Assembly: GCF_018350175.1 (NCBI RefSeq)
Contig: NC_058383.1
Location: 23,066,001 to 23,130,000, forward strand
Length of the DNA stretch: 64,000 bases
Direction: 5' to 3'
Origin: Felis catus
Lineage: Eukaryota
Made by a program: the position numbers and the translations under genes. The notes beneath the pieces are model-generated. The model was not told where the DNA came from. It ran no database searches and saw only the letters and a program-made list of their open reading frames with translations. Positions within the stretch are counted from its first letter, which is position 1. Every line of letters starts with the position of its first letter. Positions 12,281-23,600 of this stretch are shown piece after piece.

Positions 12281-12438
12281 AGCTTAGGCTCTTTCTGCAT
12301 TATTTCCCCCTTTGTGATGCTTAGGCCATACCACTGCTTTTCCAGTATATAAAATGTTTAGGGTTTTAGTTTAGAGAACATTTTAAATACCCTAGTGTTG
12401 TTGAATTCGAGATACCTTGTTTTTAAGTCCTTGTTTGG

Positions 12439-12490
12439 ATTTTTTTTTTAAGTTTATTTATTTTGAGAGAGAGGGCTTGAGCAGGGGAGG

Positions 12491-12546
<56 letters not shown>

Positions 12547-12672
12547 CCCAAGCAGGTTCCATACTGTCCATACAGAGCCCGACGTGGGGCTCGATCCCAT
12601 GAAGCATGAGATTGTGACTTGAACCGAAATCAAGAGTTGGACACTTAACTGCCTGAGCCACCCAGGCGCCCC
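12439..12672 (-). mobile_element. CAN-SINE with expanded (GA)n microsatellite
   Basis: Head ...gccacccaggcgcccc. Pure (GA)n run at ~12493-12544. Confidence 0.95.
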
Positions 12673-12805
12673 TATTTGGGATTTTATTTTGCACTAGTTC
12701 TAGATATAATCAACTGGTACGTGTATAGCTAACTTGTGTATGGATTCTAGATCAAACTTCTATGAGGCAGAACCTGCCTTGTTCTTTTTTAAAATTTCCA
12801 ATTTT

Positions 12806-13037
12806 ATTTATTTATTTTTAATTTTTTTTTTTAACATTTATTTATTTTTGAGACAGAGAGAGACAGAGCATGAGCAGGGGAGGGTCAGAGAGAGAGAGAG
12901 AGACACAGAATCTGAAACGGGCTCTAGGCTCTGAGCTGTCAGCACAGAGTCCGACGCGGGGCTCGAACTCACAGACCGTGAGATCATGACCCGAGTTGAA
13001 GTCGGCCGCTTAACTGACTGAGCCACCCATGCGCCCC
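12806..13037 (-). mobile_element. CAN-SINE (SINEC_Fc)
   Basis: Perfect 16-bp TSD taaaatttccaatttt at 12790 and 13038. Confidence 0.96.
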
Positions 13038-14039
13038 TAAAATTTCCAATTTTTCACGACTCAATACTTATGTAAAAATATAGTAAAAATATCCTGGCAG
13101 TGTCCAGTTGCTATGAAAGTTTTTAAATGCTTATCTCAGTTTGAGTGCTTAGCTTGTTGTGGACTGGGACCAGTCTGCAAACCACAGTTTGAATAATACT
13201 TGTCTAGAAAACATTTGAGAAGCTAGTTCCAGAAAGAAAAGTGAGTTATCTAGTAAATACATTATTAAACCATTAATGTGTTCCTGGGCTGCCTTAGTTG
13301 CAGTGCTGTGACTGGGAATAGACTGTCCTGGAGAGAAGCCTACTGATGCTAGTGCAGGGCTGCTGTCACCTTGTCTCGGGGGCATGTCCCACTCCAGAAC
13401 AGCCACCATCTCCCCAGCTGGGTCATTTATACGTTAGGCCTGACCTGCCCACTGACGAGTTGCTGTTTTACCAGCTCCCCGTGCTGCTTCTGTCTCTATT
13501 TCTCTCCCCTTTCTGGTCCCAGGAGTCCATGGCTGTACATGGCTTCCTTCCCCATGATCACAGATTCTTATTCTGCTCTTTTTTGGGACCTGTCTGGTTG
13601 TAACCCATCCTCGCCTGTATCCCCTTTATCTCTTAAGGCTCCATACTTTACAAATGTCGTTGTGGCCTGTCGAGGGAGTCACTCCTGGTGCCTCATGGGA
13701 CCCTGTGTGCCCTGCCCCTCAGGCATTCAGCTAAATATTCTAGCCCTCATGTATTATCACCCCAATAAATGGGTATTTTTAGGAAGTGTGATAAGGTACT
13801 CCTCTGAATCCATTTTATCACACCCCTTGACATATCTTTACAAGATCACGTGGCTTCACAAACACTAAGTTCTTGTCTTTTGCTGGTACTTGAATGTTCT
13901 TAATTTCTATTTCAGGGTTAGAATTTGAACTGGAGAAAAACACACATGCATTCCTGAGCTCAAGTGTTCTTAGTTTGCCAGGGCGCTTCCACTGGGCATT
14001 ACGTTGTTCATACTACCCCTGAGGGAAGCAGGGTGGGAT

Positions 14040-14240
14040 AGGGTTTAAGTGCAAACTCAGGGACTAGATACACCTGAAATGAGCTGGGCCCTGTCCTTCA
14101 CCAGCTGCTTGACCTTTGGGCAACCTGGTTAATCTTTTTGAACCTCTGTAAAATGGGAATAACAGAATAAATCTCATGGGATTAATTGAGGTATTTGGCA
14201 CATAATAAGCACTAAACAAATACTAGCTGCTGCTATTATT
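14040..14240 (+). mobile_element. MIR fragment
   Basis: MIR core gacctttgggcaacctggttaatctttttgaacctctgtaaaatgggaataa. Confidence 0.7.
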
Positions 14241-14307
14241 AGTATCATTATTTCTAGTCCTATTTTCTATCTCTAATAAACACTGAAATGTTACAACATA
14301 CTTAAAT

Positions 14308-14770
14308 CAGGGTTTTCCAGCTTCAGCACTCTTTTTTTTTTTATTTAAAAAAAATTTTTTTTTTCAACGTTTATTTATTTTTGGGACAGAGAGAGACAGC
14401 ATGAATGGGGGAGGGGCAGAGAGAGAGGGAGACACAGAATCGGAAATAGGCTCCAGGCTCTGAGCCATCAGCCCAGAGCCTGACGCGGGGCTCGAACTCC
14501 CGGACCGCGAGATCGTGACCTGGCTGAAGTCGGACGCTTAACCAACTGCGCCACCCAGGCGCCCCCAGCTTCAGCACTCTTGATAGTTTGGCTGGATAAT
14601 TCTTGCTGTGGGGACTGTCCTGTGCATTGTGGAATGTTTTGCAGCATCCTTGATCTCCACTCACTCATTGCCAGTACTACCCTGTCCCCTAGTTGTGACA
14701 GTCAAGAATGTCTCCATTTGTTGCCGGATGTCCCTAGCGGCGCAAAATCGTCTCAGGTTGAGACCCACTG
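14308..14770. mobile_element. MER20 hAT DNA transposon interrupted by a SINE
   Basis: cagcactcttgatagtttggctggataattcttgctgtggggactgtcctgtgcattgt...ggttgagacccactg is MER20-like. Confidence 0.85.
14334..14565 (-). mobile_element. Young CAN-SINE (SINEC_Fc) inserted in MER20
   Basis: Perfect 16-bp TSD cagcttcagcactctt at 14318 and 14566. Near-identical to the 3686-3927 copy. Confidence 0.97.
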
Positions 14771-15024
14771 CCTCAAGTAAATAAGTACGTTGGGCTTTCT
14801 AAGATTAAGTAGAATTTTGTACATTTGGAATAGTTTGGAATGTCTTGAAACATTTTGCCTGAGCTCACAACCCAATTTGGATTTTTTACCACTTTGTGTG
14901 TAACTACGTGCGACCTTAAAAAGCTCTTGAATGAATTAGATGAGCCAAAGAGCTGGTGTCTGTGGGCAGAGTGGAGCGGCCGGTGCCCCCTCCCCTGGTA
15001 CTGATGGCGGGCTCTTTTTGGCAG

Positions 15025-15183
15025 CCTACTGTAAGAACTCTGTGGACGGCCTCTGGTACTGCTTCGATGACAGTGACGTGCAGCAGCTGTCAGAAGATGA
15101 GGTCTGCACACAGACAGCGTACATCCTTTTCTACCAGAGGCGGACAGCTATTCCATCATGGTCAGCCAACAGCTCAGTGGCAG
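15025..15183 (+). CDS. USP31: USP31 coding exon (159 nt, phase 1-1): (A)[52 protein letters not shown](G)
   Basis: Acceptor ctctttttggcAG and donor GTaagg at 15184. WYCFDD and AYILFY are the terminal USP boxes and supply the acidic catalytic residue. Confidence 0.97.
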
Positions 15184-16626
15184 GTAAGGCCAGCCATTCT
15201 TCAGCAGCTTCTTCCTAGAGCAGAAGATTGTAATGGTCCAGAGAATTTCTCCACAAGGTCTCATGAGTCTGTTGTGTTGATCAGATAAATTCTCACATTT
15301 GAGTTTAACCTGGAAACCAAAATGACTGCAGTCAAGGAAATGGGGGTGGAATGTGCGAACCAGCAGAGTTCCCACGGAAGTGGGTAGCGCCGGTCTCAGA
15401 GTGAGCTTGCCATGTTTGCTTGTGGAACGAATGAATGAAAAAGCGGTATGGCTGCCACACTAAAAGCAAGAGGGAATGAGACCTGGCTTTGCCATGTTTC
15501 GGTCGCATCATCTGGAAGCACATCACATCCAAGCCACATATTTAAGCATCTGTAATGTGGGTGTACTAATAATATCCGCCTCATGGGGTCATTGCATGCA
15601 TCAGATTGCATAAATGTACGTTAGAGCCTTTTAGACAAGGTAAAAGCACCATTAGAAATCGTTCTTTTTCCCGATGAGGTCGGCCTGTTCGGTTGGAAGG
15701 GTTGAAGGCTATAGTAATGATAGGTGGGCTGGATTTAGCTGGATGGGGTTTAGTCTGGATGCAGCCACACGGTCCAGACAAGGTGACGCATGCTCCTTAA
15801 CGCAGCGTCTAAGAGACTGTGACCGACAACGGAGACATGGTAACATCAAATCATGTTAGAGAGTATTCACCCTGAATCTCCTTGAAGCTTGCGAGGGATT
15901 GGTTTGAAGCCGCTGAGAAGAGGAACCGCTGAACCGAGTGAACCCCTGCTGGAGTGAAGCCCCACTCAGTGCACCCACCCCTCAGTAGCTGCTCACCCAG
16001 TTGAGAGAGTGAGAACTCCAGTGCTCTAGTGCCTTCCCTCAGTGCTTTCCAGATTCTGAGATATGCTTGGAGATTACACCCTCTTGAGGTCTACTTGAGT
16101 CTTGTTCTCAGTTTCAAGAGCAGTTTATGTTGCTCTGGAATTTAAGGGCATCCCTGGAATGGACAGTACAGATGACATACAGCCTAGTTGTGTGCATGTT
16201 ATGTGTTTGTATGTTAATATTGTGAAAACGACTTAACAATTCCACAAAGCAAGCTAAGAAATAACGGTGCACTGCCACTTTTATTTGCTCTGTGTCAGAA
16301 TTTTTACTGTGTGTACTTAGAACGGTGCCTGGCAATAGGTGCTTAATAACTATTTGCAGAATGAGTATAGATGATTCTGTTGCCAGCACTTAAGATTTGT
16401 ACTTTGCATTATGAAGTGTCCATGCCAATACTTGCATTTTATTACTATAAACGTGAGCTAGTCTGCCCTCCTTCTTTGCATCTTGATGGGATATTCAAGC
16501 AGGGGTCTGGGAGGTAAGACTGACACAGGCCACCCCAGCTCAGGCGCTGCCCCTTCACACGAGTGTGTGCCACGGAGCCAACCTGGGACTCCAGCCTGAC
16601 CCCAGTGCCTGCTTCCTTTACTGCAG

Positions 16627-16779
16627 GCTCCACCAGCTCCTCCTTGTGTGAACACTGGGTGAGCCGGCTCCCGGGGAGCAAGCAAGCCAGCGTGACCTCC
16701 GCGGCGTCCTCCAGACGCACCTCTCTGGCCTCATTATCCGAGTCGGTGGAGATGACCGGAGAGAGGAGTGAAGACGATG
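16627..16779 (+). CDS. USP31: USP31 coding exon (153 nt, phase 1-1): (G)STSSSLCEHWVSRLPGSKQASVTSAASSRRTSLASLSESVEMTGERSEDD(G)
   Basis: Acceptor ttcctttactgcAG and donor GTgggt at 16780. Frame is continuous with both neighbouring exons. Confidence 0.94.
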
Positions 16780-17289
16780 GTGGGTATGGGTTTTGTGACA
16801 GATTTCCAAAGTGGCATCTCACGGACACGGCACAGGGTCCCTCACGCTTAGGAGCTAGGCCCCAAGAAGATTGTCGGAGAAGGTAAAAGGGCTGTGTGGC
16901 TGTACGGTCATAAGTACCATTTTATATAAACCTGGTTATTCGCTTTTCCTCTGTGAGCTCTAGGATGAGTTTCTCCTTGTACTTCATTATTTTCTACTCC
17001 TAAGGCTTAGTGTGGAGGCTGGAGCTTTAACTGTACAATAAAGGATACATTTCTTTCAGAGTGCTTTCCAAAGTGTTCAGTGCTTTGCCCAGGGCCACCT
17101 GGCGAGGAGTTGCTGTGCTCGCCCAGTATGGGGGCTTTCCAGCTCTCAGCTTTTCCCCTTTCCACTGCTGTTTCCTTTACAGGAATTTGTGGCATGTTCT
17201 TTTAAGTGCAGAAGCATCTAGAACAGAAACTCTTGACTCTGCATAAAAGAATTCTGAAGATGGTCACAGTATGGATACTTGGGGAAACA

Positions 17290-17352
17290 CAATACAAATA
17301 GAACTATGGGTTTTTTTTGTTTTTTTTGTTTTTGGGTTTGTTTTTTTTTTGG

Positions 17353-17383
<31 letters not shown>
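17290..17383. repeat. (TTTTG)n / T-rich simple repeat
   Basis: Seen directly. Confidence 0.9.
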
Positions 17384-17384
<1 letters not shown>

Positions 17385-18051
17385 CCTTCACTTATGCTTG
17401 AGTAATGGCAGCCCTCAGTTCTGACAGGAACCCCAGGTGGTGCGGGAAGGATCAGGCAGCCCTAGCATTGAGGCTGGAGGAGGTGAGAGTGAGCTCAGCT
17501 TCTCTAATGAGGACAGTGACTCATCTCCCAAGCCTGCAGCCAGCATGTCGGTTGCTGTAATCTGTATCTAGTGATGGGTAATTGTGAGACCATGAAGTGA
17601 AGGAAAACTGCAGGAGGGTGGACGGGGGCCGCCAGGCCAGGGAGGTCTGCCTCATTGTAGCTCCAGGCCCGCTTGCTTTTCTGGCTTGTTGCCTTTTTCT
17701 TTGTAAAATAACAAGAGTACTAGGCCAGAATTGCTAACAAGCTCCTGATACTTTATGAAAATCCGACCACTGAGTCTTTGCTTTTTCAGGTAGAGGTTTT
17801 TCTCAACACAGCTTTTTAAACTTAGAATTCACTGTTGTTTTAACAGTAAGCTGGTTTGCCGCTGGTCTGTTTTTAGACAGTGTAGTTGGTGAGATCAGTA
17901 TCCTCTTAAGCATCATCATCACAGTGGTGCCGGGGGGTGCCCACAGAACAGAGCCTGTCTCCGAGGATCTTATCTGGACATAGCTTTATAAATACTGCAG
18001 CCACAGTACCAAGTGTGTATGGAAGTTAATTTAGAATCTTTTCTTTGGAAG

Positions 18052-18200
18052 GAAGTTTTAAGGCACTCAGAATAGAAGTATGTAGTTCTAATTGTGAACA
18101 TTTTCTTCGGAAGTTTGAAATAACTCAGGATAGGAGTGTATTGTTCTAATTATGATTATCATCTCTAGAAGTTTGAAGTCAGGATAGGAGTGTATCGTCT
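18052..18200. repeat. Degenerate tandem repeat, period 58 bp, ~2.5-3 copies
   Basis: Units start gaagttt at 18052, 18110 and 18168 and share tcag(g/a)atag(g/a)agt. Confidence 0.8.
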
Positions 18201-18472
18201 CTGTTCTTTTTCACCGATCTGCTGTTATACTCAATAATGACAGGCCAAGCTGCATGTGGCATTGAGTTGGGGGCAAGGGTTTGTGTTTTTGGTATTAGCT
18301 CTGCCTCTAATTTTGTGTAATCTTGGGCAGAGACTTCACTTCTGTGGGCTCGGGCTCTGGATGTCCTTAGCTGGGTCAGTAGCTCACATTTACTGTGCAT
18401 GTGTGGAGTGCCAGGTGGGCACAGGATTTTCAGGATTTTATTTAGTTCTTACAGTAGTCCTGTGAGTTAGAG

Positions 18473-18675
18473 CAGGGATCAGCAAGCGACAGCCTATCGG
18501 CCAAGTATGAGCTCTGCCTTTATTTGTAAATAAGGTTTTATTGGAACACAGCCACTCCCATTTGTTTATGTGTCTTCTCTGGTTGCTTTTGTGCTGCAGT
18601 GGCAGAGTTGAGTGGTTGGCCCACAAAACCTAGAGTGTTAACTGGGCCTTTCCAAGGGAGGTCTCCTGACCCCCG
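18473..18675. mobile_element. MER58A-like hAT-Charlie element
   Basis: cagggatcagcaag...tttgtaaataaggttttattggaacacagccactcccatttg...tgacccccg. Confidence 0.85.
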
Positions 18676-18920
18676 ACGTACAGAAAGAAGATCGATAGTT
18701 TGCTGATCCCTGAGTTGGAATGTCCCTATTTTATAGATAGGGGACTGAACTCCGAGAAGTTGCAGTCGTGTGGCTGCTCCTTGACCCCAGACATGCTGGC
18801 CCTGAAGGTCATGCTCCTGTCATTCCACCAGGCTTGCCTTCCTTCCATCTTTAGTACCTTAAGGTGTTGCTCAGACATGTTTTCAGTGTAGCTTAATGCT
18901 GTTCTCTCTGCTGCATTCAG

Positions 18921-20491
18921 GAGGTTTCTCAACTCGACCATTCGTGAGAAGCGTCCAGCGTCAGAGCTTGTCATCCAGATCTTCTGTCACCAGCCCCTTG
19001 GCCGTTAACGACAATTGCATTAGACCTTCTTGGTCCCTGTCTGCTAAGCTGCAGATGCGCTCCAATTCTCCTTCCCGGTTCTCAGGAGACTCTCCGATCC
19101 ACACCTCTGCCTCCACCTTGGAGAAGATCGGGGAGGCGGTGGATGATAAGGTCTCCATCTCTTGCTTTGGCAGCTTGAGGAACCTTTCTAGCAGTTTCCA
19201 GGAACCAAGTGATAGTCACGGCCGACGTGAGCACAAGGCTGTGGGTCGGGCCCCTCTGGCTGTCATGGAAGGCGTGTTCAGAGATGAATCAGACACCCAC
19301 AAATTGAACTCCGGTGTTTTAGACACACAGAGCAAAAACTCAGCACAAGGGGATTGCGTGCCCCCCATCTCCGATCCTTTTGATAATAATAACCAGATTG
19401 CTTATGTGGATCAGAGCGATTCTGTAGACAGCTCTCCAGTCAAAGAGGTGAAACCCACGAGCCACCCAGGCTCCCTTGAAAAGAAACCAGAGAGCACAGC
19501 CAAGAGCTCTCCCAGCTCCAAAGGCGCTTCTGAGCCAGATAGAAGCTTGCGGAAGGGGAGACCAGTCTTGGCAAGCCAGGAATCATCTCTTTCAAGTACG
19601 TCCCCTTCTTCTCCTGTTCCTGTAAAAGTTTCTATAAAGCCCTCCCGCTCCCGAAGCAAAGCAGATTCTTCTTCCAGAGCCAGTGGACGGCATTCCTCTC
19701 CTGGCCCTGCCCAGCCTAGAAAGGAGTCCTCCCCCAAATCCCAAGACTCCATGTCATCTCCTTCACCCCAGAGGCAGAAGTCCTCTTCCTCCCTCGCCTA
19801 CACTCCTTCCTCCGCATCTGCCAAAAAAGCCCCCGGCCCTGCTGCAAGGGGCCCCTTCCCTCCTGGGAAGAGCAGGACTTCAGACAGGAGCTTGAGTAGA
19901 GAGGGCTCCAGACAGAGCCTGGCTTCCGACAGAGCCAGCGTCACCTCCAGCTCCAAACCCAACTCCCCTCGGGTGAGCCAAGCCAGGGTGGGGGAGGGCC
20001 GAGGAGACGGAAAGCACGTCAGGAGCTCCTCTATGGCCAGTCTGCGCTCCCCCAACACAAGCATGAAGGCTGGTCTGAAGAGGGACAGCAAGTCAGAGGA
20101 CAAGGGGCTATCCTTCTTCAAGTCGGCCTTGAGACAGAAGGAAACCCGGCGGTCAACTGACCTTGGCAAAACAACCTTGCTCTCCAAGAAGGCTGGCAGT
20201 AGCTCTGCCAAGTTGGCCAGTAAGAATGCCGTGGATGACAAGGCAGAGAAAGGCTATCAGCCTGCAGGTTCCCAGCAGCCAAATGCAAGTGCAGTTGGAA
20301 AAGAGCAGCTTGTCTCCAAGGACCCTGCTTCCGCTAAACATTCCCTGCTGTCCGCTCGCAAATCCAAGTCTTCCCAGCTAGATTCTGGAGTGCCCTCATC
20401 TCCTGGTGGCAGGCAGTCTGCTGAGAAATCCTCGAAAAAGTTATCTTCTAGCATGCAAACCTCTGCACGGCCTTCTCAAAAACCTCAGTGA
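18921..20491 (+). CDS. USP31: USP31 terminal exon, coding part: ~520-aa Ser/Pro/Lys-rich tail ending ...SMQTSARPSQKPQ*
   Basis: Acceptor ctgcattcAG. Long open frame (ORF 18896..20491) with TGA at 20489-20491. C-terminus recognised as USP31. Confidence 0.96.
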
Positions 20492-20613
20492 TGTTTCTGC
20501 AATCCAAGTGTTTTATCTGTAAAGATGTTTATTTATTTAGAACCCCTTCCCCCCCCACCAAAGCCCTCTATGCTTTTGTTTTATATGTTTTAGGTCACGT
20601 GCCTGACGTGCGA

Positions 20614-20655
20614 GTGTGTGTGCGTGTGTGTTTATGTGTGTGTATGTGTGTGTGT
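20614..20655. repeat. Imperfect (TG)n in the proximal 3' UTR
   Basis: Seen directly. Confidence 0.9.
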
Positions 20656-23600
20656 AGAATTCAACTGCAAATTGTTAAAAGCGTCGCCTTATTCTGCCAT
20701 TGAACCAAATAACAGCCATAGGCAAAGTATTGATACCAAGCTAACTGGAATCATTGTAGACGAGACCCTGGGCGGTCCCTTTAGCAATTGTACATATTTC
20801 TTTCTAGAGAACTCTAATGACTTTCGTTGGACACTAGGGTTTGGAAACCTGTGAACCAGTTAAGCTGTCATTAGTGTGTACTGTAGAGGGATCAGTTATT
20901 TGACTTGGGTTTCATCTGAGCAGGATTTGTCCTCACAGCTGATTGTCGTGTGGCACCAGGAGCTCTAAAAACTGTGACACTAACAAACAAACCGAGAGAA
21001 GACTGTTGCTTTCTGCACTTTGGCCCCATCTACCAGTCTCTGTGAAGGGCAATATTTTAACACTAATGTTTCTCAGGTATATACTCAGCTAGTCTAGGGT
21101 GGATGCGCATCAGCAAGAGGGTTAACCAAGAAGGTGGCCTGTGGGTGACTGTCCTTTCTCTAACTGCCACAGATAGAAGTTTCTGGAGGTAGAAATGAAG
21201 TCCTTCATAACTGCAAAGATGTGTGTACTACACGCTATCTTGGTTCTTTGGAGATGTCCTAAGGGGTGGCAAGTTGGACGGCCAGAAAGCCAGTCACTAG
21301 TTAATTTTGTTTTCCTTCTAAATTTGCTAGCTAAGGCCATTGGGATTTTGAAATGTAGTAGAGCAGTTAACACCTTTGAAAGATGCCTGGAAAAAAAAAA
21401 AGGATTCTGAACCGGATGCATGAATTTGTACCATTTCCCTTCTCTGGTGTTGCTTGTTCCTTGTGTTAGAAGCCAACAGCTCCATGCTGCCCTGGGTGCA
21501 CATGCCCACGTTTCTTATTATACCTTGGGGAGAGGAAAGATGTTGCCTGATGCCAAAAGTCAGTTGATGGTGTGTTGGAGTGATGTGTGACAAAGTATTA
21601 CGTGTGTGCTTCTGATCTGCCTGGCAAAGTTACAGACTGCTTTTCAGTAAGTCATTTATTTTTTCTTAGTGGTTAAGATTTCATCTCTTACCCAGAACTC
21701 ACAAGCAGGATTGGAGCATGTTCCGTCTGGCATTGTCAGTGAGAAAACAAGGGAACCTCACAGAAATCTTACAGATAAGCAAGATCATAGTTCTTCAGGC
21801 TTTCTGGAGGTATCCTGGAAATTCTTAGCCTTTTTTTTTTTTTTTTTTCTATTTTTCTTTTTTTTTTTTTTTTTTTTAATGTCAGGAGAGCCATGGTCCT
21901 GATTTTCTTTGAATAGCATTTGTCACTTTGCCATGAGATACAGCATGCTAAGTTTATATGCTTTTAAATATTAACTTTTAAAAAAAAATCATACTTTCCA
22001 GTTCTTCCTGAATTCTTGGTGCACAGATCCATTTATAATCTCCCTTTTCAGTATTGCTGTGTGTGAAGTAATTAGAGCACATACACATGCACAGCTATGA
22101 ATTCTGCGCTGCCTTTTGTTTTGTTTTCTCCCCATAAATACCTCTTGGGAAATATTTCCAGTAGGTTTCTTAACTTTATTTTGCTGCTATTTGAGCATTA
22201 GCAGGTAACTTGCAAGTCTGGAGGCCATTTTATGTTGAGGGTAGCTGGAATTTTAGACCCTTGCAATATTTAAGACTTAGATACTCAGCCTTGTGAAAGT
22301 TACCTTGTGCTCTATGAATCTCATCGAACGTGAGCCTGTTGCCCAGTGCACTCAGTCCTGTACTCGCCCCTGCACCGGGTGTCCCTGTTTCACTGCGCAG
22401 GTGGCTGTGGGTTCCTAAAGCAGCATCCCTCTCCTCTGTCGTAGTGTAACTGCCGCTGACTGGCTGCCTGCAGTGGTGTTATTGCTGCCAACAGCACACC
22501 AACAGCCTGTGAATGTTTTGCCACCGCTGGTTTTTCTGTGTTGCTTTTATTTCCTGGAAAGGACGCACCAATAATGGGATCGTCGGTAGCAGGAGTTTGA
22601 TTTGAGCCTTTTTCTTTTAATAGGTAAATCTCATTTGAAATCTCCTACCTGAAGCTCTGAAACAGTCTTAGAATTAAAGTTTGACTACACAGAGGGTTTT
22701 AATAACACCTTTTCCTGAGGCTGTTATCAGTTAAGCATTAATAGAATCTGGTTTAATTTTCACGTGGCAAATATTTTTATTCTTGTATCCTCCAGGAATG
22801 GATTTCCCATTATGTCTAGTGTCTTAAGCACACACACACACTCCAAAAAAACACCTCTACAAATTTCTTTAATTTTCTATGGTATCTAGAAATAAAATTT
22901 CAGTATCAGTAAATTATATGTCTATGGAGTTTAGTCCTTCTTCCAGATTTAAATGAAAAAATACTGTGGTATTGTCAAGGTAACTTTAAGCTATTCTTTC
23001 TGTGCTTGGTAAACAATGAAAATCTCGTCCCCAACTACTAGGTATAACCTTTAAGACACAGAAAAGGAGATTTGCCCAGAAGTTTGGAGGTGTTCTTTGA
23101 GGTGTGAAATATCTTATGGGAAAATTATTACTTGGTTCAATTCAGTTGTTTGGTAGGTTAGGGACTTGGTGTTTGCTTTGCTTTTTATTTTCCTGGTAGC
23201 ATTTGGCACAGAAGCACATCTGCTTTGGGGTTAAAAATCATCTGTTGAGGATGGTGGGCCTAGGTTTCTGGTTGACAACTGAGTGGGCCTGACTAGAGCA
23301 GTCATTTCCTGGCGGACAGAGAATAATCCCTGGACAGTAGTGTTACTCTGTAATGTTTGTTTGCTTTTAAAAAACTTTATTTTTGATTTCTTTTCCTGTA
23401 AACATGCAGTGCACTGAGGCTATTCCATTCCTTAAGACAGCCCTACACCTTGCCTTTGTAATCTCTTATATAACGTGGAAGCACAAAGAAACTGCTAAGC
23501 TCACGTCATCTCAAGATCATCTCCCAGCCCTTGTATTTTCCCATCCTAAAAGCAGCCTAACTGAAAGTAAGTCATACCTCGCTGGACCAGTAGAAATGGA

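Noticed and set aside
18961..20454. Antisense and alternate-frame ORFs over the last exon
   Set aside because: Expected shadows of a GC-rich, Ser-rich coding exon.
20488..20703. TGATG stop/start overlap opening a downstream 71-aa ORF
   Set aside because: The ORF crosses the (TG)n repeat (VCVCMCVC). I see no reinitiation or readthrough signal, so chance is the likelier explanation.
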